Below, in pieces: positions 20,615 to 31,289 of a stretch of 64,000 nucleotides of DNA. Source of the stretch: Planctomycetota bacterium (GTDB lineage Bacteria > Planctomycetota > UBA8108 > SXIK01); contig CBDCXR010000004.1 in NCBI GenBank assembly GCA_965223845.1, forward strand, positions 736,001 to 800,000. The letters are read 5' to 3'. The notes beneath the pieces were generated by a model that was not told the DNA's origin, searched no databases, and saw only the letters and a list, made by a program, of their open reading frames with translations. Position 1 is the stretch's first letter, and every line of letters begins with the position of its first letter. Both the position numbers and the translations under genes were made by a program.

Positions 20615-21873
20615 CGATCTCGGATTCCTCGTCCGGCTCGCGGGCGGAGTTCTTCGTCCATCGCGCGACGCCGCCCGGCGAAGGTGGGATCGCGCTCGTC
20701 GAGCTCTACGGCGATCGCGCGAGCGCTGCGCTCGCCGAAGCGTTCGCGTCGCCCCACGGCGGACTGCCGCGGGTCGGCCGATCGCGCTACGGCGAGCTGA
20801 GGGATGCCGCGGGAGCGGTGATCGACGACGCCGTCCTCACCCGAATGCCCGCCGACGGGATGTGGTCTCGCCGACCCGCGTGGACGCTCGCCCTCCACGG
20901 CGGCGAGTGGATCCAGCACCGCGCGCTCGAGCGCTTCGAATCACTCGGAGGAAGGACGATCGATTTCGACGAGGCGATCGAGCAGGCGATCGCCACCGGC
21001 GGTCTCGATACGATCGAGGCCGAGGCGTACCAGGCGCTCACGACCGCCGCGAGCGAGCGCGCCGCGCGGTTTCTCCTCCGCCAGTATCACGGAGATCTGT
21101 CGGCGATTCTTCGCGGCGCGCTCGACGAGCTCTCGCCGGAATCGGTCCCGCGGATTCTCGCGCGCGTACGCGAGCTCATCCAGCGCTCCGCCCTTGCTCG
21201 CCGACTCGTCGAGCCGCTGCGGGTTCTCATCGCGGGGCGTCCGAACGCGGGCAAATCGACGCTGTTCAATGCTCTTTACGGTTCCGAACGTGCCGTCGTC
21301 ACCGATATTCCGGGGACGACGCGTGACGTTCTCGAAGTCGACGTCGTGATCCGAGGTTTCCCCGTGAAGCTCCTCGACACGGCCGGGCTGCGCGGCGAGG
21401 ACGAAGCGACGGACATCGAACGGATCGGGATCGAGCGCGCGCGCCGGCGTGAGCGAGATGCCGTGCTCTATCTCGTCGCTCCTCCGTGGAAGCTATCCGC
21501 CGAAGACCGCGACTTCTTCGCCGGTGCTCCCGACGTAGAGAGGCTCGTCATCGCGAGTCAAACGGATCGTTCTTCCCCTGCGGATGCGTTTCACTCTGGA
21601 GTCGACCTGGGGATTTCCGCGCGAACGGGAGCAGGGCTCGACGCGCTCCGCGCGCGGATGGCCGAAGCTTGGTGTGGCGATCGGCCGCACGAAGCGCAAG
21701 AGGACGACGCCGCGGCGCCGTTCTGCGCGCGGCAGATCCGCGCGCTTCAGTCTGCGTTCGCGGCGGGAAACGACCCCGGTGCGGTCCTTGACGCCGCTCG
21801 GAACGCGTTCTTAGAATGCCTCGGCTCGCGGCCGGGGGCGACGCTTTCCGCGTCCGACCCCGACAGTTGCTGA
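20611..21873 (+). CDS. mnmE: MnmE/TrmE-like GTPase (divergent)
   Basis: GTG overlaps the coaX stop; [44 protein letters not shown]; G4 and C-terminal motifs degenerate. Confidence 0.75.
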   Translation: MTISDSSSGSRAEFFVHRATPPGEGGIALVELYGDRASAALAEAFASPHGGLPRVGRSRYGELRDAAGAVIDDAVLTRMPADGMWSRRPAWTLALHGGEWIQHRALERFESLGGRTIDFDEAIEQAIATGGLDTIEAEAYQALTTAASERAARFLLRQYHGDLSAILRGALDELSPESVPRILARVRELIQRSALARRLVEPLRVLIAGRPNAGKSTLFNALYGSERAVVTDIPGTTRDVLEVDVVIRGFPVKLLDTAGLRGEDEATDIERIGIERARRRERDAVLYLVAPPWKLSAEDRDFFAGAPDVERLVIASQTDRSSPADAFHSGVDLGISARTGAGLDALRARMAEAWCGDRPHEAQEDDAAAPFCARQIRALQSAFAAGNDPGAVLDAARNAFLECLGSRPGATLSASDPDSC

Positions 21874-22005
21874 ACACCCTCTTCGGCGCGGATCCCGCGT
21901 TTCGCGCGCCCCTCGTGTGCGCGAGGATTCGAACGAATCGGCGCCGCGCGGGGGCCGTAGACTGGAAGGGGAAGTCCCCGCTCTCGTCCATCGGTCCACG
22001 ACGAT

Positions 22006-22575
22006 ATGTCCACCCACTCGCAGCCCGAGCGTCTCCTCGACGCCGCGGAGTTTACCGCTGTCTTCGAATCGTGGTTTCGCATGATTCGCGACACCGTGAC
22101 GGCGGATGCTGAGCGCTGGGCGATCGTCGGAATCAAGCGCCGCGGCGCGGTTCTCGCTGAGCGGGTCCACGAGCGTCTCGAGGCCGAAGGCGTCTCGACA
22201 CTGTTCGGCGAGGTCGACATCTCGCTCTACCGCGACGACTACCACCTCCAGACAACGAGCGCCCGAGTGCTCGGCACGGAGGTCGACTTCGCGGTGGACG
22301 GACTCAAGATCATGCTCGTCGACGATGTCCTCTACACCGGACGGACCGTCCGCGCCGCGATGGGTGTTCTTCTCGACCTCGGCCGGCCGCGTGTGATCGA
22401 GCTGGCCGTGTTCGTCGACCGTGGGAACCGCGAGCTGCCGATCGCCGCGAACCTGATCGGGAGAACGATCACGACGCGGCGCGACGATCACGTAAAGGTC
22501 CATCTCGCGGAGATCGACGGCGACGATCGCGTCGAGCTTCGTCCGGAGTCCGCCTCATCGGCGGAGCAAGAATGA
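22006..22575 (+). CDS. pyrR: Bifunctional pyr regulator / uracil phosphoribosyltransferase PyrR
   Basis: VGIKRRG, DISLYRDD, LVDDVLYTGRTVRAA, VDRGNRELPI. Confidence 0.93.
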   Translation: MSTHSQPERLLDAAEFTAVFESWFRMIRDTVTADAERWAIVGIKRRGAVLAERVHERLEAEGVSTLFGEVDISLYRDDYHLQTTSARVLGTEVDFAVDGLKIMLVDDVLYTGRTVRAAMGVLLDLGRPRVIELAVFVDRGNRELPIAANLIGRTITTRRDDHVKVHLAEIDGDDRVELRPESASSAEQE

Positions 22576-22664
22576 CGCGGCGCCGCGCGAGGAGATCGCG
22601 CTGCTCGGCGAGACGATTCGGTGTCCCATCTTCCACCCCACGTCGCAGCGGGAGGGCCTGAGCG

Positions 22665-23627
22665 ATGGAGTGGACGCGAAAGGACCTCGTCGGCCTCGAC
22701 GATCTCAGCGCAGATGAGATCACCTACATTCTCGACACGGCGAAGGGATTCGAGGAGGTCTCACGCCGGAGCGTCAAGAAGGTGCCCGCGCTTCGAGGCC
22801 GCGTCATCGTCAACCTTTTCTTCGAGGCGTCGACTCGGACTCGCGTGTCCTTCGAGCTGGCGGGAACGCGACTCTCCGCCGACGTGCTGAACTTCGCCGG
22901 TTCGTCGAGTTCGACCCTGAAGGGCGAGACGCTGAACGATACCGCGCGGAATATCGAGGCGATGGGCGTCGACATCGTCGTCCTTCGTCACGGCTCGTCC
23001 GGAGCGGCGGCGCAGCTCGCGAAAATCCTCCGCGCGTCGGTCGTCAACGCGGGCGATGGTTCGCACGAGCACCCCACGCAGGCGCTTCTCGACATCTTTA
23101 CGATTCGCGAAAAGCTCGGACGCGTCGCGGGGCTCAAGGTCGCGATCATAGGCGACATCGGGCACAGCCGCGTCGCGCGCTCGAACATCTGGGGGCTGCA
23201 GAAGCTCGGGGCTGAGGTCGTCGTCGCCGGCCCCCCGACACTCGTCCCGCGCGGGCTCGCGAAGCTCGGCGTCAGGGTGTGCCACCATTTGGACGAGATT
23301 CTGCCGGAGATGGACGTCTTCAACATGCTCCGCATCCAGAGCGAGCGTCAAGACAGCGCGCTCTTTCCAACGGTTCGGGAGTACTCGCGCCTCTTCGGCA
23401 TGAACTCGGACCGCATGGCGCGAACGAAGCCGGACGCACTCGTTCTCCATCCCGGGCCCATCAACCGCGGAGTCGAGATCACGCCGGAAGTCGCCGATGG
23501 TCCGAGATCGGTCATCCTCGATCAGGTGACGAACGGGCTCGCCGTGCGAATGGCCGCGCTGTACCTCGTCGGGACGTACGGCGGTCAGGAGGCGGAGGTC
23601 GCCGGCGACGGCGCGATTGGCGAGTGA
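22665..23627 (+). CDS. pyrB: Aspartate carbamoyltransferase catalytic subunit
   Basis: [48 protein letters not shown]. Confidence 0.97.
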   Translation: MEWTRKDLVGLDDLSADEITYILDTAKGFEEVSRRSVKKVPALRGRVIVNLFFEASTRTRVSFELAGTRLSADVLNFAGSSSSTLKGETLNDTARNIEAMGVDIVVLRHGSSGAAAQLAKILRASVVNAGDGSHEHPTQALLDIFTIREKLGRVAGLKVAIIGDIGHSRVARSNIWGLQKLGAEVVVAGPPTLVPRGLAKLGVRVCHHLDEILPEMDVFNMLRIQSERQDSALFPTVREYSRLFGMNSDRMARTKPDALVLHPGPINRGVEITPEVADGPRSVILDQVTNGLAVRMAALYLVGTYGGQEAEVAGDGAIGE

Positions 23628-23643
23628 CGGAGTCGGACGAGCG

Positions 23644-24978
23644 ATGATGGCGAACGCGCGCAGCCGAGTTCTACTTCGCGGAGGGCGGATCCTCGATCCG
23701 GCCACGGGGCGCGATGCGGTCGGCGACCTTTGGATCGACGGCGCGGTGATCGGACACGTCGGCGATCCCGTGGGAGCGACGGACGGGGTCGAGACCATCG
23801 ACGTGAGCGGGCTCGTCGTCGTGCCGGGACTGTTCGACATGCACGTCCACTTCCGTGAGCCGGGCAACGAGGAGGTCGAGACGATCCGGAGCGGTGCGCG
23901 CTCGGCGATCGCGGGCGGCGTGACGAGCGTGGCCTGCTTCCCGAACACCGATCCGGCGCTCGACAACGAAGCGGCGGCGGAGTTTGTCGTTCTCCAGGGG
24001 AAGCGAGCCGGCTACGCGAACGTGTTTCCCGTTGGGGCGGTAACGCTCGGTAGAGCCGGCGAGCGACTCTCCGAGATGGGCGGCCTTCACCGAGCGGGTG
24101 CGGTCGCGTTCAGCGACGCCGACCGAACGGTGCGCTCGGCGGAGATCATGCGTCGCGGTCTACTCTACGCGAACATGTTTCGTCTGCCGGTGATCGCGCA
24201 CTGCGAAGATACCGACCTCTCGCGCGGCGGCGTCGTGAACTACGGCCGCGTTGCGCTGCGGCTCGGACTCCCCGGAATCCCGGACGTATCGGAGGACATC
24301 GTCGTCGCCCGAGACATCCGTCTCGCGGCGATCACGCAGGGGCGCCTCCACCTCGGCCACATCAGCACGCGCGATGCCGTCGCGCAGCTCCGCGAGGCGA
24401 AATCGAACGGTCTTCACGTCACCGGGGAGGTCACTCCGCCGCACTTCACGCTCACCGAAGAGACCGTGTCGACGTACGACTCGAACTTCAAGGTGCGTCC
24501 ACCGCTTCGATCGAAGGACGACGTCGACGCACTTGTCGCTGGAGTCGCCGACGGCACGATCGACGTGATCGCGTCGGGGCACGCACCGCATGCGGTTGAA
24601 GACAAGGACGTGGAGTTCATCCAGGCACCGCCGGGAGTGGTCGGCCTCGAAACTCTGTTCGCAGTCGCCTACACCGAGCTCGTCCTAAAGCGCCGGATCC
24701 CGTTTCTATCCGTGCTCGAAAAGATGACGATCAACCCGGCGCGGATCCTCGGCAAGGACGATCTCCGCGGAAGTCTCGAGCCGGGGAAGGTCGCCGACGT
24801 ATCGGTGTTCGACGTGGACACCGAGTACGCCATCGATCCGAATCGGTTCCAGTCGAAGAGCCGCAATACCTGTTTCGGCGGGAAGCGCGTATGGGGTGCG
24901 CCGCGATTCGTTTTCGTTGGCGGTCAGTGCGTGCTCCGCGACGGCGCGGTGGTCTCCTCACCGGAGCCGCAACCGTAG
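23644..24978 (+). CDS. pyrC: Dihydroorotase family protein, probably the inactive PyrC'-type
   Basis: DMHVHFREPG, PNT, HCED, PPLRS; catalytic DHAPH reads GHAPH. Confidence 0.85.
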   Translation: MMANARSRVLLRGGRILDPATGRDAVGDLWIDGAVIGHVGDPVGATDGVETIDVSGLVVVPGLFDMHVHFREPGNEEVETIRSGARSAIAGGVTSVACFPNTDPALDNEAAAEFVVLQGKRAGYANVFPVGAVTLGRAGERLSEMGGLHRAGAVAFSDADRTVRSAEIMRRGLLYANMFRLPVIAHCEDTDLSRGGVVNYGRVALRLGLPGIPDVSEDIVVARDIRLAAITQGRLHLGHISTRDAVAQLREAKSNGLHVTGEVTPPHFTLTEETVSTYDSNFKVRPPLRSKDDVDALVAGVADGTIDVIASGHAPHAVEDKDVEFIQAPPGVVGLETLFAVAYTELVLKRRIPFLSVLEKMTINPARILGKDDLRGSLEPGKVADVSVFDVDTEYAIDPNRFQSKSRNTCFGGKRVWGAPRFVFVGGQCVLRDGAVVSSPEPQP

Positions 24979-25280
24979 ATCGGAGCAAGCGGCGGCTCGG
25001 TTCCTCCCGTCGGTCTCGAGATTTGCTCGAATAGGCGCCCGTCGCGACCGTCCAACGGGGCGAGTAGCCTGATTTCTGCCTCTCTCGCGGCGCGACGTGC
25101 GTCGTTTGTTGGTGTAGAATCGGAACTTAGCGTGGTCTTCGCGCCGGATTCGGGCGCTCGGCGGAATCCCGCGAAGCACTTCGACCGGACGGTTCATCAG
25201 GGGGTTCCTCGATGCTTCACGGTGACGATTCGAGACGGGACAGCACAGCGGGACCGAGGACGCGGCGGCTCCCGCGATGG

Positions 25281-28142
25281 ATGCGTTCGGCCGGTGCGTA
25301 CGGAACAGGCGGGGTCGCGCTCCGCGGCGCGGTGATCGCGTCGTTCCTCCTTGCGCTCGCGCCCGTCCTCGAGGCTCAGATACGGGGGCGGTCGTCCGGA
25401 GGATCGTCGTCCGCTCGCTCGTCGAGTCGATCGTCGTCGGTCCGCTCGGCTCCGCGCTCGTCGGGGCGCTCGTCTTCGTTCCGCTCGTCGAGCCGATCGT
25501 CGTCGCGCTCATCCATCCGCTCGACGCCCCGGAGCTCGAGTCGATCGCCGAGCATCCGCTCGACCCCGCGATCGTCGAGTCGATCGTCGATCCGCTCGAC
25601 ACCGCGTTCCAGTCGATCGCCCTCGATTCGCTCGACACCGCGGACCTCGGGTCGATCGTCGAGCATCCGTTCGACACCGCGCTCTTCGAGTCGGTTCCCG
25701 TCGATTCGTTCGACACCGCGGCGCTCGAATCGATCGCCGAGCATCCGCTCGACGCCGCGCTCTTCGAGTCGTTCGCCGTCGATCCGGTCCACGCCACGTT
25801 CAAACCGCTCGCCGTCGATCCGTTCGACGCCGCGGAGTTCGAGTCGTTCGCCGTCGATCCGGTCCACGCCACGTTCAAACCGCTCGCCGTCGATCCGTTC
25901 GACGCCGCGGAGTTCGAGTCGATCTCCGGGTATCCGCACCTCGCCCCGTTCGAACCGCTCGCCGTCGATCCGTTCGACACCGCGGAGCTCGAGTCGATCA
26001 CCGAGTATCCGCACTGCGCCACGTTCGAACGGCTCGCCGTCGATCCGTTCGACACCGCGGAGCTCGAGCCGCTCGCCGTCGATTCGTTCGCCGAGCCGGA
26101 ACGCCGGTCTCGAGCGCTCGAACGCGGTCCGCGGCCTCGAGCGGTCACGCGCGCCTCGCGGGCGGCTGACTCCGTCGCCATCGAATCGGCCGTCGCTCGG
26201 GAGCACGCTCGAGCGCGGATCGTTCGGGGCGTCCCGTCGAGCAACCGTGGATCGATCCTCCGCGACCGGAGCCACCCGCTCGAGCCTCGCACCGTGGAAG
26301 GTCGGTGCGACGCGAACCGGTCGAAGCTCCGCTACGACAAAGCGTGGCGCGCCGGCCGCGGACGCCTCGACCGTTCTTCGAGCCGACCGCGCACCGTGGA
26401 AACGCGACGCGATCACGGTCGAGGGGACTTCAGGCTCGCGGCTTAGAGGCGTGGTCGAGCGGTCGAATCTCGCGATTCGCGAGCGCACGCGGCTTCGGCA
26501 ACACCTCGGAGTCGGAGGGCGACCGTCGCTCTCGGCGCGGACTCGCGGAACGCTGACACGCTCCGCCTCACCGACGAGCACGGGGCGCGTACGGAGCACG
26601 GGAAGCATCACGCCGTCCCGTCTCGGCTCTACCGCGCGCCGGTCCGCGGGCACGACGTACCTCAGCGAGTCGATCTCGGCGGTCTCACGCCGGCGGGCTC
26701 GCCTCGAGAGCGGAGTCCCTACTCGCGGCACGCGCGATTCGGGATCGAGGACGACCGGCCTCTCCACCGTGAGCTCGCGGAGAGCGATCTCGTCGCGTCT
26801 CGAGAGCGCGAGCACGGCGTCGGCGCTGACTCGCGGAGACCTGAGTGAGCTCTCCACTCGCCGCGCGGTCATCGGTGACTCGTCGGGCGCGACGAGCTTC
26901 CGCTCGGCGACCGTTCCGGAGGTGTCGAACGTCCGGCGCACGCGCTACTCGCGATCCTATCGTGACGGCTACCACGACGATCACTATCATTCGGGACATC
27001 ATCACCACCACCGGCACCGCCATCGTCACCATCACCACGGCTACTATTGGCCGTTCTACCTGAGCAGCTATTACTACTCGCCGTACTACTACGATCACTA
27101 CGGGTTCGGCCTCGGATTCGGACTCAGCTTCGGCTATCCCTATCACGGAGTTTCGTTCGGCGTGTCGTACGGATATCCCTACGTGTCGTCGTACGGATAC
27201 TACGGGCACGGATACCCGTACTACGGATACCGGTTTCGCTATCGTCGCCACTACGGGTACTACTCGAGCTACTACCCGCTCGCATATCGCACGGCGTATG
27301 TCACGTACCCGTACTACCCCTCATATGCGGAGTACTACAGCTACGAAAACGATCCGGCGTACGGCGGTGGGACCTACGTCGATCAGTCGAACCACTATTA
27401 CTACTACGGCCAGCGAGCCGGCGACGCGACGAGTGTCGAAGAGGTGCCCGAAGATGGCCTCTACGAGTCGTCGGAAGCGGGGGCGGAGGTTGAAGAAGCG
27501 CGGTTCGTCGTGCGGGAGCCGCTAGTCGACGGCACGCCGGCGGCAAACGAGCCGAACGGCGAACTATCGACCGCCCAATACCAGTTCTCGCTCGGCTACC
27601 TCCAGCTCGAACGCGGCGAGTACCAAAGCGCGAGCGAGCACTTCTACGAGGCCAGTCTCGAGGCACCCGAGAGTCGGTTGCTGAAGCTGTTCCTGGCGCT
27701 CAGTCTCGCCGGCCAGGGCGAATACGGATTCTCGGCGGAGTATCTGCGGCACGCCCTCGAGGATTGGGATGCGCTCGCGCTCTACCCGTGGGACGTCTCG
27801 ACTCTTCTCCCCGAGGGCGAAACCACGCGGCGGATCGAATCGCTCCGCGGCGAAGTCGCACTCGGCGGTGGGGGAGTCGATGCCCTCCTCGTTCTCGCGT
27901 TCCTCGAGTTTCACTCGCGCGATCCCGGTGCCGGGGCGACGCTCGATCATCTCCGGGATTTCGGCGCTGCGAGCCCGGTCGATCGGGCGATCGCGGAGCG
28001 CTATCTCTCCGCGTTGCTCGTGCGGGACGGCGAGGCGGTGCCGGTCATCGCCGGTGAGATCTCGGACATCTACGAGTCTCCCGTGGCGGAGTTCCTCGCT
28101 GCTCCGAGCGCCGAGAAGGTGTCGGAGCTTCCGATCCACTGA
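25281..28142 (+). CDS. Exported low-complexity protein: Ser/Arg repeats, His tract, Tyr/Gly-rich segment, C-terminal TPR-like domain
   Basis: Signal-like VIASFLLALAPVLEA-Q after ATG 25281; one open frame reaching a helical TPR-like region (QFSLGYLQLERGEYQSA, FLALSLAGQGEY). Confidence 0.7.
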   Translation: MRSAGAYGTGGVALRGAVIASFLLALAPVLEAQIRGRSSGGSSSARSSSRSSSVRSAPRSSGRSSSFRSSSRSSSRSSIRSTPRSSSRSPSIRSTPRSSSRSSIRSTPRSSRSPSIRSTPRTSGRSSSIRSTPRSSSRFPSIRSTPRRSNRSPSIRSTPRSSSRSPSIRSTPRSNRSPSIRSTPRSSSRSPSIRSTPRSNRSPSIRSTPRSSSRSPGIRTSPRSNRSPSIRSTPRSSSRSPSIRTAPRSNGSPSIRSTPRSSSRSPSIRSPSRNAGLERSNAVRGLERSRAPRGRLTPSPSNRPSLGSTLERGSFGASRRATVDRSSATGATRSSLAPWKVGATRTGRSSATTKRGAPAADASTVLRADRAPWKRDAITVEGTSGSRLRGVVERSNLAIRERTRLRQHLGVGGRPSLSARTRGTLTRSASPTSTGRVRSTGSITPSRLGSTARRSAGTTYLSESISAVSRRRARLESGVPTRGTRDSGSRTTGLSTVSSRRAISSRLESASTASALTRGDLSELSTRRAVIGDSSGATSFRSATVPEVSNVRRTRYSRSYRDGYHDDHYHSGHHHHHRHRHRHHHHGYYWPFYLSSYYYSPYYYDHYGFGLGFGLSFGYPYHGVSFGVSYGYPYVSSYGYYGHGYPYYGYRFRYRRHYGYYSSYYPLAYRTAYVTYPYYPSYAEYYSYENDPAYGGGTYVDQSNHYYYYGQRAGDATSVEEVPEDGLYESSEAGAEVEEARFVVREPLVDGTPAANEPNGELSTAQYQFSLGYLQLERGEYQSASEHFYEASLEAPESRLLKLFLALSLAGQGEYGFSAEYLRHALEDWDALALYPWDVSTLLPEGETTRRIESLRGEVALGGGGVDALLVLAFLEFHSRDPGAGATLDHLRDFGAASPVDRAIAERYLSALLVRDGEAVPVIAGEISDIYESPVAEFLAAPSAEKVSELPIH
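25390..26100 (+). repeat. Coding tandem repeat, ~16-18 units of 36/39 nt, with a 75-nt higher-order unit
   Basis: S(S/N)RSPSIRSTPR units; identical 75-nt blocks start at 25771 and 25846. Confidence 0.9.
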
Positions 28143-28173
28143 GCGAGAGGCGGCCGAGGGAGCGCGTGACTCT

Positions 28174-28683
28174 TTGACCGAGAAGCCGGCGGGCGGCGCG
28201 AAGAACGAGGTCCTCGCCGACGAAGCCTTCGAGCGCGCGCTCGAGCTCGATCGACGGGGTGACGACGCGGCTGCGGATCGGTGGTTCACGCGCGCTCGGG
28301 ATCTCGATCCCGCCGAGTATCCCTTGCCGCTTCGGCTCGACTCGGCCGAGTTCGAGCGCATCGTCGCGAACGCGCTCGATTCCCTTCCTGAACGCTTCCT
28401 TCCCTATCTCGTTCAGGTCAGCGTCATCGTTCGTGACTATCCGACGCCGGAGCAAGAAGCGAGCGCGGGCGACGGACTGCTGGGACTCTACGAAGGCGTG
28501 CCGCGGACGGAGAGGGGGGAGGGCGAGCGCGACATGCTCGACCGCGTCTTCGTGTTCAAGCGTGAGCACGAAATCGAGTTTCCCGATCCGGCGGTGCTCG
28601 CCGATCAAGTTCGGCGTACCGTAGTCCACGAGATCGGTCACCACTTCGGGCTCGGCGAAGAGGACATGGGGGAGTACGCCTAG
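28174..28683 (+). CDS. Zincin-like (Zincin_1/DUF1025-type) metallopeptidase with short N-terminal TPR-like helix
   Basis: ALDSLPERF, LLGLYEGVP, TVVHEIGHHFG (HExxH); TTG start inferred. Confidence 0.8.
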   Translation: MTEKPAGGAKNEVLADEAFERALELDRRGDDAAADRWFTRARDLDPAEYPLPLRLDSAEFERIVANALDSLPERFLPYLVQVSVIVRDYPTPEQEASAGDGLLGLYEGVPRTERGEGERDMLDRVFVFKREHEIEFPDPAVLADQVRRTVVHEIGHHFGLGEEDMGEYA

Positions 28684-28774
28684 CTTCACCTCCTCGCGGG
28701 AAGAGAGAGCGAACGAAGCCCATCTCCGTCGGTCTTCGGCCGGATCCATCCCAACGTGAGTTGGCAGCGGGACC

Positions 28775-30337
28775 TCAACGCCTCGCCTTCAACCGCATGA
28801 TGCCGTAGCGACGCATCCGCCGGTACAGCTCGGAACGATCGATGCCGAGCCGCCGCGCGGCTTCGCTTCGGTTGCCGTCGGCTTCTCGAATCGTTTGCTC
28901 GATTACGGGAGCGAGAGTCGCGCGCTCGACCTCGAATAGAGTCGAAGGGAGCGTCGACGTCGCGCCACCGCTTGAAGCTGGACGACGCAACGGCGGTCGG
29001 GCGGTGCGGACTCGCGGGGAGAGAGCGTGCTCGTCCGCTGTACCGCTGACCGTCGAGCTGAGGACGCGAATCTCGTTCTGAAGCTCCCGGATGTTGCCCG
29101 GCCAGGAATAATTCGTCAGGCTCTCGATCGCGGCCGAGGTGTACTCGAGCGGGGGACGCCCTGCTTCCCGTGCGAACTCTTCACCGAAATGCCGAACGAG
29201 GAGAGGGACGTCTGCGCGGCGCTCGCGGAGCGCCGGAACGCGGATCGTCGCCACGTTCAGACGATAGTAGAGGTCTTCGCGGAATCTTCCGGCGGCGACC
29301 TCGCGCTCGAGATCTCGATTCGTGGCCGAAACGACGCGAAAGTTGATCGTGCGCGTTTCCCTTCCGCCGACTCGGCGAACTTCTCGATTCTGCAGCACGC
29401 GTAGAAGTCGCTTCTGAACGTCGAAGTCCATCTCTCCCACTTCGTCGAGAAATACCGTTCCGCCTTCGGCCTGCTCGAAGATTCCTGGGCGGCTCTCCTC
29501 GGCGCCGGTGAACGCGCCGCGCTCGTGCCCGAAGAACTCGCTCTCGATGAGGTGGCTCGGGACGGCCCCGCAGTTCTGGGACACGAAGGGGTGAGCCCGC
29601 CGGCGACTCAGGCGGTGAATCGCGCGTGCGACGAGCTCCTTGCCCGTTCCGCTCTCGCCTTCGATGAGAACGGGGAGATCCGAGCGGCTGAGGAGAAGGA
29701 TGGACTTCTGAATTCCCGCGACGGCCGGACTCTCCCCGATGATCTCGGGAACGAGGTTCGACGACGCCTCGAGCTCGAGCACCGAGTTCGCCCCGGGAGC
29801 GGGTGGATCCGACGCGGACGCGGACGCCGGTTGCGCGCGCCCGAGCTTGAGGCGATCGATCTCCATCGCGATGGCGGTGTAGTGAGCCCAGCGCTCCCGA
29901 TCCTCCGTCGACCCGCGGTCGGCTCCGATCGCGGGTGCCTCGAGGTAGAGGAGAGCGCGCTCGCCCGGCTTCGTGGGAAGCGGAAGCGCGAGCGAGCTCT
30001 CACCGGCCGTGTTTTCGCTGCTAATCGTTCCGGCGAACGCGGCGTCGATCATCGCGCTCGTGAGAACGCGGTCGGGGCGACCGATTCTCGTCCCGTCGCG
30101 GCGAAGTCCGACGAGGCGCCGGCGATGGCGACTCGTCTTTTGGTAGAGTACCGCCGCAGAGGCATCCGTGGCCGAGATCAAGTAGCGAAGAACGAGCGTT
30201 GTCGCCGAGGTCGTCGCGTGCTGCGCTGCTTCCCAGAGTGCACGTTCCACCGGAATTCCGGCCGCCGTCGCTCTTTTCCCGGTCCTCGTCGTCGCTTCCG
30301 ACCCGCCCTCCACCGGGCGCACCGTCGTCGGTTCCAA
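28775..30337 (-). CDS. Sigma54-dependent Fis-family activator with N-terminal GAF-like region
   Basis: [62 protein letters not shown]; no receiver domain. Confidence 0.93.
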   Translation of the reverse strand: MEPTTVRPVEGGSEATTRTGKRATAAGIPVERALWEAAQHATTSATTLVLRYLISATDASAAVLYQKTSRHRRRLVGLRRDGTRIGRPDRVLTSAMIDAAFAGTISSENTAGESSLALPLPTKPGERALLYLEAPAIGADRGSTEDRERWAHYTAIAMEIDRLKLGRAQPASASASDPPAPGANSVLELEASSNLVPEIIGESPAVAGIQKSILLLSRSDLPVLIEGESGTGKELVARAIHRLSRRRAHPFVSQNCGAVPSHLIESEFFGHERGAFTGAEESRPGIFEQAEGGTVFLDEVGEMDFDVQKRLLRVLQNREVRRVGGRETRTINFRVVSATNRDLEREVAAGRFREDLYYRLNVATIRVPALRERRADVPLLVRHFGEEFAREAGRPPLEYTSAAIESLTNYSWPGNIRELQNEIRVLSSTVSGTADEHALSPRVRTARPPLRRPASSGGATSTLPSTLFEVERATLAPVIEQTIREADGNRSEAARRLGIDRSELYRRMRRYGIMRLKARR

Positions 30338-30559
30338 CTCAGTCTCCTCCTTCTTCGCTGGCGTCGCTCCCCCGGCGAGTCGGCGGCACTCTACACCAAG
30401 AGTTAACTTTGATCAAGTTTTGTATCGATTGAGTGCCGTTCCACCGCTGGGTCGCGGGGCCGCTCTTGACTTCGACCGACGAGCCGACTACCCAGGGAGC
30501 CCGACCGCGGTTCGATCGTAGCGACGCGGCCGGCGGGGACGACATCGCGGAGGCGAAGC

Positions 30560-31183
30560 GTGGCATTCGGTCAACACTGGGAGTGGCGCGGCTTCGCTCG
30601 AGCGCCCGCGGAGATCACCGCGCGTCTCGAGCGCTTGCCGCTCAAGTTCCCCGAAGTACAGCGGCTCACCGACGAGTACTTGTGGACTCCGTCGACGGAG
30701 ATCAACGTGAAGCTGCGTCTAGGCGACCTCAAGCTGAAACGCTTCCTCGAGCGGCGCGCGAGCGAGCATGCCCCGACGATCGAGCGCTGGCTCGAGGACC
30801 CTGGCGAGAACTTCTCGTTTCCTCTCGCGGCGGCTCGTCTCCGCGCGCTCGAGGAAGCGCTCCGACTCGAACCCGAGAGCCTCGGAGATCAAACTCTCGC
30901 GCGGGAGCCGCTCCTCGCCGCGCTCGGCTCGCGCGCGCAGTGCATCGCGGTCGTGAAGTCGCGACGGCAGTACTGGCTCGACTGCGCCGGCGGGGACCGC
31001 GTGACCGTGGAGCTCGCGGAGATTTCCGCCCCGGAGCGGTTGGTGAGCGTCGGGCTCGAGCACGAAGATCCCGACCGACTCTTAGCGGCACTGGGAGAGC
31101 TCGCGCCGGGACCAGAACTTCGCTCGCTCAACTACCTAGACGCCATCGCGATTTGGGCGCACGGGGACCGAGTCCTTCCGTAA
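30560..31183 (+). CDS. Hypothetical protein, CYTH/triphosphate-tunnel-like candidate
   Basis: WEWRGF, DEYL, NVKLR..LKLK, V.KSRR, VELAE, SLNY pattern resembles CYTH-like proteins. Confidence 0.4.
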   Translation: MAFGQHWEWRGFARAPAEITARLERLPLKFPEVQRLTDEYLWTPSTEINVKLRLGDLKLKRFLERRASEHAPTIERWLEDPGENFSFPLAAARLRALEEALRLEPESLGDQTLAREPLLAALGSRAQCIAVVKSRRQYWLDCAGGDRVTVELAEISAPERLVSVGLEHEDPDRLLAALGELAPGPELRSLNYLDAIAIWAHGDRVLP

Positions 31184-31289
31184 TCTCCTCGTTCGCGATT
31201 CCCCACGAAGCTCGCGAAGACGACGGCGAAAGTACGGATCCGAGAGAAGCGAGTCGGACGGTGGGTGAGCGAAGGACGCGGAGGTGCAT

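Noticed and set aside
21874-22005. PyrR-binding attenuator upstream of pyrR
   Set aside because: No AGUCC-NGNGAGGYU-type loop or U-tailed terminator is visible
25390-26100. 36-39-nt periodic repeats as a CRISPR array
   Set aside because: Units are contiguous with no unique spacers, lengths are multiples of 3 within a CDS, and there are no cas genes
25277-26941. Alternative ORFs over the repeat (25277-26446 +, 25351-26169 +, 25376-26941 -)
   Set aside because: They stay open because the repeat is stop-free. Only the 25281 frame has a signal peptide and reaches a folded domain
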